This document shows, one piece after another, positions 1 to 13,928 of a DNA stretch of 64,000 bases. The notes beneath the pieces were generated by a model that made no database searches, had not been told where the DNA came from, and was given only the letters and a program-made list of their open reading frames with translations. How positions within the stretch are numbered: position 1 is the first letter of the stretch; each line of letters begins with the position of its first letter. Source of the stretch: Eledone cirrhosa (taxonomy: Eukaryota); NCBI GenBank assembly GCA_964016885.1, contig OZ024753.1:2294001-2358000 (forward strand), read 5' to 3'. The position numbers and the translations under genes were made by a program.

Positions 1-944
1 TCTTACATAGAAAAACAATACTAAGACAATCAGAGCCCTAGTATGTTTGTCACTTCTGTTGGACACTTAAGGATGACGGGAAATCTACCCAGGCATGTAT
101 TTTGACTGTAGTTTAATAAATATGTAACTATATGTTAGTTAAAAAAACTAAATTGCATTCACACAAGAAGCTAATCAAAGACAGAAATATTTCAAACGTA
201 TTTCGATGAGCGTTAAATAAATATACTATATGAACCTAGTAACACTATTCTTGTTACAGTGAATATTTGTTTTAGTTCTCTAGTGTAATCAGTTACTATA
301 ACAGTATAGATTTATGACTAGAAAAATGTTTGTTATAACCCTGAAGAAGAGTTTAACAAACGAAATATTGCAATGTCTACACATTTACTTATTATCTAAC
401 TTAGGCGTTGTCAGAATCAGATATTCCAGCTTATACAGATTGCGTATTTATCAACTGATATCTGCAATAAATCCTTTAACTATGTAGTTATAGCAATACG
501 AATACCAACGAATGGTAAATTACATAATAACACCATAATGTATATGAATTAATTCAATATAAACGCTTAAGTTTAGTCTTGCTGAAAAGTAATTTCGTTT
601 TATATCATATTCAAAGAATACTTAAAAGTGTAAAATCCGAAAATATAGATAACGGGCAACAGAAAAATTGGATGAAACTTGACTATATCAACATTGTGAT
701 CATTCTGTTCTGAAAACTATATACCGTCTTAAGCAAGTATAATCCTCAAATTATTTTTAGAATAAATAACATAAATATTTGCATATTCACTTGATTCTTT
801 GGTGTCTAGTCAAAAAATTATATTATTCATGCGCATACTTTTTATAAATGGAACACTAGTATATTTAGCATATCTATAACAATGTGTCCCCAATCTCTAT
901 CTTATGAATAACATGCCATTAGTATAGTAAACAAATATGTTTGC

Positions 945-1130
945 CTTCTTCTTCTTCTTCTTCTTCTTCTTCTTCTTCTCTTCTTCTTCTTCTTCTTCTT
1001 CTTCTTCTTCTTCTTCTTCTTCTTCTATAGGGTGTTATCAGAAGCGACCATGTACATATGGTCTGGCTGGACCACCATGGTAGACCAATCGAACTTATTG
1101 ATGTTATCCAACCATCTTGCTCGTGCTCTA
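945..1130 (-). mobile_element. RTE-type LINE extreme 3' fragment with (GAA)n tail
   Basis: Minus strand reads ...ARWLDNI... then the (AGA)n tract at 945-1025; shares gatgttatccaaccat with the RTE relic at 31568-32250. Confidence 0.55.
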
Positions 1131-1837
1131 CCTCTGCTTCTACTGACATTACATATAATATAACCCATGCATAATTCCTAAGCACTAATGCGTATATCTG
1201 AAGCATAGTTACAATAAAAGAGACTAATGGAAGAGAGAGACGTATGTTTCAAGTAATAGTTAGAAAATGATGCACATTAAAAAAAAAAATAGTAGTTTCT
1301 TTAACCGATACTTGACAGTTGAGGAACATAACAACATAATATAAAACTGTTTATTTCCAAAACTTATTGGAGTATCAATGATGTCGAAATCAGCAATTCA
1401 GACAACGTATATGTTTAAATAAAAAAAAAGCAAAACAATTAAATATAAATTATGAAAAAACGTGTGGAATGTTGAGCTGAAGGAAACAGTGAATCGACTT
1501 CATTCAAACTCAGACTGGCTCATTACTATGGCTGCTCACCATTCTAATTGTCATGGATACATTTCTCAGACAATAAAACTGAAACAAATCTTTAGTAAAA
1601 TAGAAAGATATAATAAAAACGGAGCTAATTATACAAAAAATAATTTAAGTATAGATTTCTAATATAGACATAAGCTCATCAAAATTGGGGAGCCGGACAG
1701 AGTGGAAAAATCAACTCCATTTCTTGATCGCTATTTTATTTTATGTATAGGAGCAAATTTTGGAATAGAATAGAAAGGATTAGAATAAGGCAAATAAAAT
1801 CAACTTATGGTATGATAGCAATAAATACCAGAGTGTA

Positions 1838-2335
1838 ATGTTCGTCAATACAACCCCTAGAAGCGAACTAGCTTACAGATTTAAAAGGGTTCTAGACACG
1901 CTCAAATTAAATATTAAGATAGTTGAAAGGCCAGGTATTCCCATAAAAACCATAGTTAGTACAATATACCCATTTCAACCCCACCCCTGTACTGATAGGA
2001 ATTGCATAGTCTGCAAGCTAAGCCCGCAAATTAACTGCGAAACTAGGAACGTAGTATATAGGATAAGATGTACTGAGAGAGAGTGTAGGAATAAGAACAT
2101 AACATACATAGGTGAAACAGCCCGTAGCATAGGAGAAAGAATGAGTGAACACTGGCGAGAACTCCAGGATGAAAAAAAACTCATCAGTATTCCACCAAAA
2201 TGCAAAAAATAGAACATAGGGACACATTAGAGAACCCAAGATAAAAGTTATATCCACATACAGAAAAGATGCAATGCTCAGACAAATCACAGAGACGACA
2301 AACATAAACGAACTCTAACCAAAATTAAACAGGTT
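1838..2335 (+). pseudogene. Penelope-like retroelement, Cys-rich linker plus GIY-YIG endonuclease fragment (frameshifted)
   Basis: ORF 1838-2212: CxxxxCxxC linker then NVVYRIRC...YIGETARSIGERMSEH; continues after frameshift as ...IKVISTYRKDAMLRQITET. Confidence 0.85.
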
Positions 2336-3117
2336 ATTATAATTATAAGAATGTGTATTCGTTGAAGTTAAAAGATTTTATAAATTTATCAATTACGGGG
2401 TAATTTAAATCAAAACCAAAATCCAATCAGAGATTAGAAAAAAGATCAAAATTGTAATTTTTTACATGAAGTTTCTAGAATTCCTATAATATTTCAGAAG
2501 AATAATCAAACGCAGACTAGCGGCACTTGCTTTTCATTAAATTAACACAAGATAAATGAACTCGTGTACAGGGGTTGACCTTCATTTTAATACAGCTAAA
2601 AGACTTGCAATTATTTGCAAGCCATTCTATACGAAAAGTAGGTTTTAATTTCGGAACATCATTTGTAAGAATAACCTGTAGGTTACAATACATTGAATCA
2701 ATATAGTAGAATAACGCTGAGAGCTTGGTAAAGCAATGACTTCTAACATAATTGACTTTCGCAATGTCAGAAACATTTCTACAATATACCAATGCCAGCT
2801 TGCTATATATGGAAAAGAATAATAGAGATTATCTGAACTGTTGGGAACGAGAATATTCATCTAAGATTCAGAGAAATGTAGCTGGTAGTTAAGTGACCAA
2901 AGTAAGACGTGAAAAGGATTTAAATGGAATGAAATATCAGTGGTTCACAGATATAACTGAAATCAAAGTATACTTGTAATAAACACGTGAGTTTGATTAA
3001 CATTTTACCGTTTATCCAATATTAATTCAGTATATATTAGCATACCGTATAAATATTTAAACAAGTGTGTGTATATGTATTTGGTTCTTGCAAATACATA
3101 AATGTATATAGACACAC

Positions 3118-3368
<251 letters not shown>

Positions 3369-3572
3369 CGCACACGCCAATACATATATATTAAAATTTT
3401 ACCGTTTACCTAATATCAATTCAGTATATATTTGCATATCGTATATATATTTACACATGTTGTTTATTATGTATGTGCATGTATCTCTCTGTGTGTATGT
3501 GTTTGTGTGTATTTGGTTCTTGCAATTACACAAATGTATACAGGCAAACATCTATCTATCTATCTATCTATC

Positions 3573-3701
<129 letters not shown>

Positions 3702-4294
3702 TAATATGTAATTCCACACATATATTGATATATTTAAAGTCACTTTATCCACTCTAACCCTTCATACTTTCCAAAACAGTTAAATATTTCTATATTTAAG
3801 CAATAAACTATTACAAAATTCTTCCTCAACCTTTCTAATACTAATTTCCTCAAATATATTTTACTTCAAACTGGAATTAAAGCAATTCACATAATTAAGG
3901 CAGCATTTCTCTATGGTTTGTTTATATTTCGTTGTTATAAGACTTCATTCAGCACAAATTAGTTTAATACCAACGTAATTCGTACCTTCTAGGTAACAAA
4001 TTATTGATGAAGTCAGAAAACCAATAAAAAGCCATGTTTCTGTGTCAATGCATTTATAAGTGTGTTTCTCTAATGTACTGGGAACATTGCATAAGTATGT
4101 ATACATAAATGTGTTTTCATCTACTTTCTATTATTGTGTATGAGAGAGAGACACAGTGTGTGTGTATGTGAGAGAGAGAATGGGGGGGGGGCAGAAAGAG
4201 AGAGGAAGGATGGAAAGAAGGAGATAGATAGATTATAAGTGTATATTTGTTTCTGTACGTCTGTGTTTGAAGACAGTACTTATGTATTGCGAAA

Positions 4295-4505
4295 ATGGTT
4301 TCTGATTTAGGCACAAGGCCAACAATTCTTTGTGAAACGGGAAGTCGATTAAATCGAAGTCAGTGTGTTACTGGTACTTTATTTTATCGACCTCGTAAGG
4401 ATGAAAGGCAAAGCTAACCGCGGCGGGATCTGAACGCAGAACATAAAGGGCCGCAACTCAATGCCCCAAAGCATGTTGTTCGAAGCTCTACCGATCCTAT
4501 CCTAC
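4295..4505 (-). mobile_element. tRNA-derived SINE family A, long variant
   Basis: Core ctggtactttattttatcgacc.cgtaaggatgaaaggcaaag shared with many copies; has gtcgattaaatcga segment. Confidence 0.85.
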
Positions 4506-5300
4506 TGGAAATCCACAACCCTTATATATGGGGAAATAATGATTATCCCCAGCAATGTCTTTATGAAAGACACGCGTCTATAATTGTTGTTCCTGAGTCT
4601 CCGTATGTTACGATGATGCGTATTCCTCTTCGCGATATAAACATACAGATGACTAAGCATTCCTCATATTTAGTATATAATGGCGGGGAACTGCATAGTT
4701 GCGTGGCTAAAACTTTTGATTCGATCCTATTTAGCAGACGACTTGACATTTTATGAATTTTATTTTTGACATGAAATCACAAAAGTTTACAGATTTTATT
4801 TCTTGTTTTAGTGTATTCCTTCCAACCTTTTATAATTGAAATATTTCACATAGAGTATATAGCTGTTCCGTAGTGTCACCGTTAACCATTATATACAGAT
4901 ATATCCATACACATCTGTATAAACATGTTAAGTATGTTGAATGCTGAAATACATTCAGAAATATATGCAAAAAATATATTTAACAACGAATACTTTCAAA
5001 TATACAAATGTACACGGAAGTATATGTTACATTGCTTTCAAAATATTTAAAGATTTAAAATACCTAACAAATGTGTTTATGTAATAAACTCAAAGTTATA
5101 CGTCTAGAGAAAACGAATATTTAACCACGGATTTTACATAAATCACCGATTAAATAAAACTACAAACACATTTTGAATTAAATATATACATAAAAGAATC
5201 ATTTTCTAAATATGGTTGTAAATAGCAGAGCAAATGAGCACATATAGTTTTTGAAAGACCTGCTATAATGATGTAATGAAGGCAACCTGTGCTTTAGTCG

Positions 5301-5386
<86 letters not shown>

Positions 5387-5478
5387 GGTATATATATATG
5401 TATGTGTATATATATATGTGTGTGTAGGTATATATATGGATGTATATATGTGTGTATATGTATATATATATATGTGTG

Positions 5479-5509
<31 letters not shown>

Positions 5510-5569
5510 GTATGTATATGTATGTATATATATATATATACATACATATACATATACATACATATATAG

Positions 5570-5846
5570 GTGAATATTATGTCTATTTTAAAAGAATATC
5601 GACTAACAATATATATATATATATATATATATTCACATACATATATATAAATATATATATATATTCACATACATATATATATATTCACATACATATATAT
5701 ATATGTATGTGAATATATATATATATGTGAATATATATATTTATATATATGTATGTGAATATATATATATATATATATATTAATATATTGTATATATATA
5801 TATATATTGTTAGTCGATATTCTTTTAAAGTAGACATAATATTCAC
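5570..5846. repeat. Imperfect palindrome: 41-bp unique arms around mirrored TA-rich repeats
   Basis: 5570-5610 is the reverse complement of 5806-5846; inner attcacatac units mirror gtatgtgaat units. Confidence 0.9.
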
Positions 5847-6520
5847 TTATATTTTTTTCATAATTTGTAGTCATATTTAATATTACTCCTTTATATATTT
5901 CAATGTAGTTATATAACTTGATAACTATTTAAGACTATTATATCAGTTAAATGTAACCGTATTCCCCATATCTATATTATATAGAGTTACGAATATTTAC
6001 ATAATGAATTTCGCATAAGAATTAGAATATCACATAACATATAAGGAATACAGGAGTCTAAAACAGGTATGGAATTTGAAAAGAAATGAAAAATATAGAC
6101 CACATGATGACGAAGCAACTTAAGCCTCAACACAATAACAAAACATAACAAACAAAAGAAACCCATTGGTCAAAGATCTGCCACACCCATTATTTACAAG
6201 ATAAAGCTATAAACCAAATATATCATCATATAGGTTGGGAAAATATTGTATAAGCCAATGGAGTCAAATAAGCGAATATGAGTCTGTGAGTTCAATATAT
6301 ATATATTAACTTACAATTAAGGACAAAATGAAAACACACACACACATAGAACAAATAACCAACCAGTAACATGTAAATAAACAAATAAATAAATGAACAT
6401 AAACACACACAGACACCCGGATGTGGCGCATGCGCAGACTGAGCACAGAACACACACACAGAAACAAAATGGCGTAGGACAGAACAAAGGAGAGGCACAG
6501 AAACAAAGAAAGGAATCCCC

Positions 6521-6565
6521 AGTCACTGAAGAGGTCACAGAGTGTGTGACGAAAGAACTATGACT
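6521..6565 (+). ncRNA. Type I hammerhead ribozyme motif in probable PLE pseudo-LTR
   Basis: AGUCA-CUGAAGA-G-GUCACA(gagug)UGUGAC-GAA-AG(aa)CU-A-UGACU; stem I 5 bp, triplet CUA. Confidence 0.8.
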
Positions 6566-6734
6566 ATATATAAACAACTATCTGGTTGTGGAACCAACCA
6601 ACCAACCAGAAATTTATAAATTTATAAATTTATTATAAATTTATTATAATAAATTGAAGTGAAAGCAACTGGTGCGTGTGTTTCTTATTGGCAACATGAC
6701 CCTCCCAAAGTATAACAATATATATATATATATA

Positions 6735-7189
6735 CGAGGTGTGTCAGAAAAGTTCCAGGACCGATGTCACAAAAGGTATATTTCAAACCCAAACTAAGAG
6801 TTTTCTCCTTCAAAGTAATCCCAAAACTGCTGAACGATGACCAGAAGGGTCGACGCATGCAAGTGTGCCAGGACATCCTCGAGTATCTTGAAACCGAACC
6901 AGACTTGCTAGGGACAATCACCACCGGTGATGACTTATGGATCTTCGAGTACGACCCGGAGGGGATCCGTTTTGAAGACGTGGGCGACATCAAAAAGGCC
7001 GTGATGACGGAACTGCGGAGGATACCGGAAGAATCCTCCCAGGAGTGCATGCAAGCGTGGCAGAAAAGTATTGAAAAGTGCATTAGACTCCAGAGGAATT
7101 ACTTTGAAGGAGAACACTCTTAGTTTGAATTTTGGGTTTGAAATAAATCTTTTGTGACATCAGTCCTGGAACTTTTCTGACCCATCTCG
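6735..7189 (+). mobile_element. Internally deleted mariner DNA transposon
   Basis: About 41-bp imperfect TIRs (cgaggtgtgtcagaaaagttccaggac... / ...gtcctggaacttttctgacccatctcg) with TA flanks; ORF has KVIPKLL, ITTGDDLWIFEYDPE, KCIRLQRNYFEG. Confidence 0.93.
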
Positions 7190-7908
7190 TATATATATAT
7201 AATCACGCGTTAATCTCTCCCTCCGCCTATGAGACTTTCTCACTTGCTATAAACGCGTCAAGGAACAGTCCTTTTTTCTGAGGGGTCTCTTGATAAGCCG
7301 TATCAATCTCACAGCGATGATGCACTTTTAAATTGCAGAAATCGGTGTACATGGATCGGTGAAACTGCATTCGGCACTTTGAAGAAAAAATAGGTATATT
7401 TTTGTCTATTATTTCCTCATATTTTGTAATTTGATACATAGCTCTGATTAAGGAGTTAATTTAATTATTTTAGTTATTTTGGGTCTTTCGGTCATCGAGC
7501 AAAACTTGTTAAGACGGACACCACACACACACACATATACATATGAATACGCGTGTGTATTTCATTATTATATTGTCTCAAACTCCCCTATGGTCGAGTT
7601 AACTACGAGTGTATTAACTGCTTTTTCTAGCAAATACGTTATTCGCTCACTGTCCACCTTACTACCCTTCTGTGACCACTGTATCATGTGTTTATCTCTC
7701 TCCCCGCCCCTCGAGAAATATTTTTATCTATTATTTCCTCATATTTTGTAATTTGATATATATATATATATATATATACGAGTTCATGCAATTGACTTAT
7801 GTTTCGTCACTATATATATATATATATATAGCGCAAGTCTTCAAAATGTTTTTAATTAAACATACTGTATATATACTATACATACATTCATATATATATA
7901 TATATTAG

Positions 7909-8132
7909 AAATATAAGCTTTCACCGTATTTTTGACTAAAGAAATTTTAGCCCTCAGAGAAATGGAAAAAGATGAGTATTGACGTACATGTACGTCAATA
8001 CTCATCTTTTTCCATTTCTCTGAGGGTTCTAAACCACACTATCAGGCTAAAATTTCTTTAGTCAAAAATAAGGTGAAAGCTTATATTTTTAATTTTCAAA
8101 CTCGCTCACTGTTTTCAAAACATACTTAACTT
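7909..8132 (+). mobile_element. Palindromic short element with 3' tail inside (TA)n
   Basis: Perfect loopless palindrome 7951-8026, outer arms 7909-7952/8045-8088, tail 8089-8132 also seen at about 22480-22515. Confidence 0.75.
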
Positions 8133-8396
8133 TATATATATATAAATATTGGAAGTCTGTGTTAGCTGTGTTAGCTGGCTGATGGCAATATATTTTGCCG
8201 TTCCTGTGACTTTTTCTCCTAGGAAAGGAAAGTGGTCTTTGATGATCTGAACTTTTCCATTGGAAGTCCCTAGGGATCTCCAATCTTTTGTGAAGTGAAA
8301 CCGTCGGTAAAAGCAAATGGAATAGGTAAATATTTAAATTATATTTTTTTATTTATTTAAAAAAATTGTTTGAATCTTGCTTGCTCCGCATATCTC

Positions 8397-8435
<39 letters not shown>

Positions 8436-8480
8436 GAGAGTAAAACAAAGAATCCTTTAATACATCAAAAGTTTTTATTA

Positions 8481-8518
8481 GCCGACAATGTTTCGTCCTA
8501 TTAAGGACTCATCAGGGC
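8481..8518 (-). ncRNA. Minimal type I hammerhead ribozyme motif
   Basis: GCC-CUGAUGA-GUCC(uuaaua)GGAC-GAA-AC(auu)GU-C-GGC; canonical GUC site. Confidence 0.88.
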
Positions 8519-9340
8519 AATCAAAACAACAAGAGGTAATTTCGGCAGATACAAGCCAGAAACTCTGAAGAATATGGAGTTTACATACACTAATGTCTTA
8601 CAAAGATATACTGTAATAAAAATGAAGATAAAAATAATAAAATTATAATAACTAAGGATGTAGATAACATTAAGAACCATATTACAAATATAGTCCAAAG
8701 TCACCAACTTAAATCTAAACAAATTTGGTTATATAGAGCAGGAATTATATATAACACAGTATAATACATTATAATAATAATATATCTATACCAACACTGA
8801 AATTCCAAATCAAAAATCAAAAGGTACAATATATAATTAGTTACAAGAATGAAATATACAGGTACTTAAGTTTCGTTGGGTTATACATATCCAGTCATTC
8901 AGCCTGTTACATACAATTAAAATGTTTAACTCCACAGGTTGGTTTAAGGATTTTAGAAAACATGCGACCATTCTTCAAGGGTAGGTAATTTCAAATTTAG
9001 CTATAAATAAACAAATCATTTAGATAACAGAGTGGCACCGATAGGTGAACAATGGCAAGTAAAAGGTATGTTAGAAGAAGCTGTCCGATTCGGCCAAATT
9101 TTTTTACCCGACTATAAGGGAATAGTTAGCAAATTTACTGAAGATACACACACACACACACACATATATATATATGTATATATATTCATATATTATGACT
9201 AAGTGATGAGCCTTGCTACTCTGGAGGTTCACCACTTAGCCATAATAAATTTACATTTAAGCTATATTTCGGTAGTGTGTGTTTTTTCCCGAGTCCGTCA
9301 ATAATACACAGATATATATATATGTATATATATATATATG

Positions 9341-9760
9341 TGTATAAATATTTCGTATCTCCAAAGAAATACAGTTTTAGGAAGCCGTAGCTATGCAAAC
9401 ACTGGGGGTGATAACGCCCTCTGGTGATGTCCAGCAGAAGCAAGGGGGACAACCGTCTATGCATTTCGGGCTTAACTGGCCTTCGTCAGGACGGTCCCTC
9501 CCACCGCTTGCGACTGCTGGACTAGAAGACAGCTGAGAATATATTCTTTTCTCGTCTGTGTAAATGAGGTGATTAATCTCATTTGCATATGAAGCTGCAT
9601 AAGTTGGCTCAACTTATAATAATATGGGCATCACCAGAGGGCGTTATCCCCCCCAGTGTTTGCATAGCTACGGCTTCCTAAAACTGTATTTCTTTGGAGA
9701 TACGAAATATTTATACATATTGTATAAAGCTATGCTTGAAGCGAAATCCTATTTCTCTTT
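9341..9760 (+). mobile_element. Inverted-repeat plus tail element (PLE-type inverted pseudo-LTR) in (TA)n
   Basis: Arms 9341-9429/9629-9717, tail 9718-9760, HHR in spacer; related 3' fragment at about 53907-54003 on the minus strand. Confidence 0.85.
9452..9495 (-). ncRNA. Minimal type I hammerhead ribozyme motif
   Basis: ACCGUC-CUGACGA-AGGC(caguuaa)GCCC-GAA-AUGCAU-A-GACGGU; 6-bp stem I, palindromic stem III. Confidence 0.85.
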
Positions 9761-9776
9761 TATATATATATATATG

Positions 9777-9872
<96 letters not shown>

Positions 9873-10472
9873 TTGTGTGTGTGTGTTTGCACTCCCTATT
9901 TCCTACTGCTTACGATTAGCAGAGTATGTAACTGTTTAAGGACCTATAAAACAAGAAATGTTGCATATATTCTTTGTATACCAGGCCGCTATCATGCACT
10001 CTGTGACATGAAAATCATGTAAAATGTTTGGAAAAGACGAAACGATGTGAGGCAGCATCTAAAGTAAAAGATATTAACAAACACACGGTAATTCATAATA
10101 TGAATAATTATTTATCAGAAAACCGATATATGGAAATGGAGAAAGCAGATCGACCACACATAAAAATGCCAAGCTCTCATAAAACCAACAATATAACATA
10201 ACTGACTTCATTTCAAATGATGATACCTATAATAACACATATAAGATAAAGTTGTATAAAGTACTGCACCGAAACGAAGGAGTCACCGCAGTAAAATATA
10301 ATGCAATAAAACAAAGATTATAACAGCACAAAAAGAACTCAACCTATATGTACATTGAAATGCAATAGAGAAATCCACACGTAGCAAGCACAAGCTTGTA
10401 CAGAATAGTACATATAATAGCATAATAGCATAATAATCAATATCTGGTAAGAAGCAGGAAAGCTAATAATAT

Positions 10473-10723
10473 TATCTATCTATCTAGAGCGGGTAAAATT
10501 CTCGAGATCCCTGGACGAGTTCCCTCCAGCGGTCTCTGTCCCTCATCATCGCTGCCATATCCTGCGTCTCTAAGAGACCAGTGTCTGTCCTTAGGGCATC
10601 AACATATGTCAACCTCGGTCTCCCTCTTGCAGGGGCTCCCACAGGAACACTGAGTCAGTGTCAACTCTGGATGTCGGTGAGCATGTCCAGTTAACCTCAG
10701 TCTCCTCTGTGCTACTCTCCAGC
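10473..10723 (-). mobile_element. RTE LINE 3' fragment with (TAGA)n tail
   Basis: Reverse complement closely matches 50600-50850 (RLRLTGHAHRHPELT, DRDRWRELV). Confidence 0.88.
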
Positions 10724-11429
10724 AGTATATTAAGTGCCGTATAATACGGAAGTTAAAACCTTCCCAAATTCAGGAATAAAAAACAATTTAAGCAAATATA
10801 GGATGAATGAAATCAAATTTGCCATGAAATATTTTCATTACAATAAGCGGTCCATAAATTCGCTAAAAACATAATTCTTTCAGTAGCCAAGACAATATTA
10901 CTACAAACACACAACTACATCACTAAATGTTGATAAAACAACAAAAAAGAAATTCAAGAACGCCGATAAAAAGAAGATATCTATTCTTACTTATCCAAAT
11001 AGAAAAAAAAAACGGCTAATATTCCAAAACGGAAAGCAAATAACTATTCACTATTTCGAAAAATAGTGTTCAGAAACGGAAAGAAGTCGTGGACGGGAAT
11101 TAGAATATGAAGCCTTTTATTCTGGAAGAGACTCTTATTGACATAAGCACTTCCACTATCTTAACATATCTGAAATTGATACCAATACAAAATTTTACCA
11201 TTATTTCTGACAACGAAAACAATATATTGAAGATACGATAGGACTAAAGACATTGGAAACTATTACCAAGAATATTTGAAAACAAAACACAGAATATAAC
11301 AAATATACACAATATGTAAGAAAAGAGTAAAATACCAACAGACGGAGTAGGAATAAGAAAAAGATATATGAATGAGAATATTTATAGATGAATAGAAAAT
11401 CTTCCATAAAAATATACGAGATACCTTGA

Positions 11430-11635
11430 GGTCTAATTTAAGCATTAGACCAGCAAATTTGGGAAAGGACAAAGTTGATTAAATCAAATCCAGTACTTGA
11501 CTGGTACATCATTGTATCGATCCCAGAAAGATAAAAGGCAAGGTTGACCTCGACTGGGTTTGAACTCAGGGTATAAAGAGCCAGAACAATGCAATGACAT
11601 TTTATCCGGTGCTCCATTAATTCTGCCAACCCACT
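11430..11635 (-). mobile_element. SINE family A, diverged
   Basis: gataaaaggcaaggttgacctcgactgggtttgaactcag and ttctgccaac head. Confidence 0.75.
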
Positions 11636-13872
11636 ACACTTATGTATTGACTAAATCTCTAGAAAAAGTAAAACACTAGAGAAAACCCCCAAAACAGAAG
11701 CAACATAATGATAATAGACATCGCTGCCTGAAAATAGAGTTCTTATATAATCAATTTAAAATTAAGTGACCACTGTTAGTGTTTAGATAACTCGATCGAA
11801 GAGTCACAGTTATTATCCTTCGTGAAATTTAAGGCATTCATTTATGTATTTGTTGATGTTCGATGGCAACTATTTGATCACACTACCTCGAAGGAATTTA
11901 GTCTGAAGCGGAATATTGTTTGATATCTCGAGGCAACTATATTTGTAGACACCCAACATGGATTCCCTATAGAAATATATGTTTCTTACTTAACATTATG
12001 AAGTTTAATGGAGGTAGAATGTTTATGAGCTGGAATATGATTTGAATAAATTGATAAAAGTTCTTATAAAAAATTGGTTTCATAAACAAGATAATGTTCT
12101 ATGAATTATTTGCGAAATAGAGGAAAAGGCTGGCTGCTTTCCGCGTTTCACGTCATAAGATAATTATTAATAAGAAAACGGATAATAATACCATCACCAT
12201 ATCGCCATCGAAAAACTAATCAGAAAGTCAATGCTGTAAAAATAATATTTCCATTGTGAATTGTGTTTGTTGACGGCAGTATGGCGACAAATGTGTTAGA
12301 GGTTTCTTAAAAGCCACTTCTTGAAAGCGATAAGAGACTCCCTCAACAGAAGATACATATAATCTGCCAAATAAATACGAAAAGAATATCATCTGGGGAG
12401 ATATTTGGCAACAATTGAATCTGTCAAGAAATGTTGTCATAAATTAAGCAATCTGAGGGGATGTCACCTATTAACCCCAAAACCAGAATCGAATTTTTAA
12501 TTAAAGTTTCCATCTTTTATTGTCTGACTATTTGTTTTACAATTCTTTCTTCAATTTTATCAAAGAATAACCGTTGTAAAGTAGGTGAAAATTACATTGA
12601 TAATATCTATGAAAGCAGTGGATTGGCAGAATTATTAGAGCGTCAGCCAAAATGTCTAGCGTTTGTTCGTGTTCTTTATCGAAGTGGTGGGGATATATTC
12701 AGCTCTTCTCTACCATAAAATAAGATGCCTTGCGCATTTGTAAGAAACCAGTATCGATAAAACGCGACTTATCTTTATAAATTAAGTTTCATAAAAAAAC
12801 GTTTTTCTTTTTTCAATTGGTGTATTTTAAGAAATGGCAAATACAGTGCCGGTAAAAGTAATTATTGATACGAGTAAGGACATTGAGTTAATATAGATAA
12901 CATAATAAGCAAGAAAACCTACAGTTGATGTAAGACCAGTCTTTTTAATGGTATCTACATTGCGCTATGATGCTGGTAACTCTGATCAACACAAAACTAT
13001 AAAGCTAGAAAAAATGCATACACCATTGTTTTATGATTTTAGATATTAGAATTTCATCATAATCTAAACATTTAAAAAAAATGTTTTCATAGGCTTGATT
13101 AAATGGACGGCACCTACAAATTGAATCATTCTGAACATTTCAATATGATATATTATCGACTGATGACATTTTTCACATCTGAGAAACAAGTTATATATTT
13201 TTTACTCAATATACACACAGATACACACGCACATATTTATATGGTTATAGAATGAAAGTAATTTACTATAAGCGTCAAGAAGATACAATCAAGAGACCTT
13301 ATCATTAGACTCGTTGGCAAACATTGCATTCTCCTCACGAAATATACAGTATTTACTTCGGGGGTAAAGTAAGCGGTTATTGCTTCCATCTATGCCCTAA
13401 ACATTCTGGGGAATTTGTTTTAAAAAACACATTTTTCCTTATCTGAAACCAAAAGTTTTAACTACTTGAATGCATATGGAAATGTTTAAGGAATTATCTC
13501 TTTGGTGGATCACTTGGGATATATATTTCAGTGGTTGTATTGACACACGCTATTGACACACGCTATTGAAACACGAGCTGCAAATCCACGTTATCGAAGT
13601 TTGTGCAGCAATGTCTTTTGTGGATGCAGAGAGGTGTTTGAACACTGCATTAGTTTTCCTAGGGGTCCATTATATTGTTTCCTTTGCTATTAGCGTTTTG
13701 TCTGTTACGTAGATTCTGTGCATGTGCATTAGTTATATATATGAAGAGAAAATACTTCTATAGCATCTGTTACTTCTCTCGAGCTACTATTCACCGATAC
13801 TTGACAAATTTAATTATACATTGTACACCCCATTTTATCTATAGAAGAAACTACCGTTAGGGGAGAGTGAGG

Positions 13873-13928
<56 letters not shown>

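Noticed and set aside
338-375. CTGAAGA...GTTT/AAAC-GAAA hammerhead-like string
   Set aside because: Three extra bases before stem II and no stem I pairing
10050-11420. Possible very old PLE coding relic around the RTE insertion (similar hint at 59400-59900)
   Set aside because: Too decayed to align motifs confidently without a profile search
13158-13198. CTGATGA...GAAACAAGTT
   Set aside because: No credible stem II or stem I
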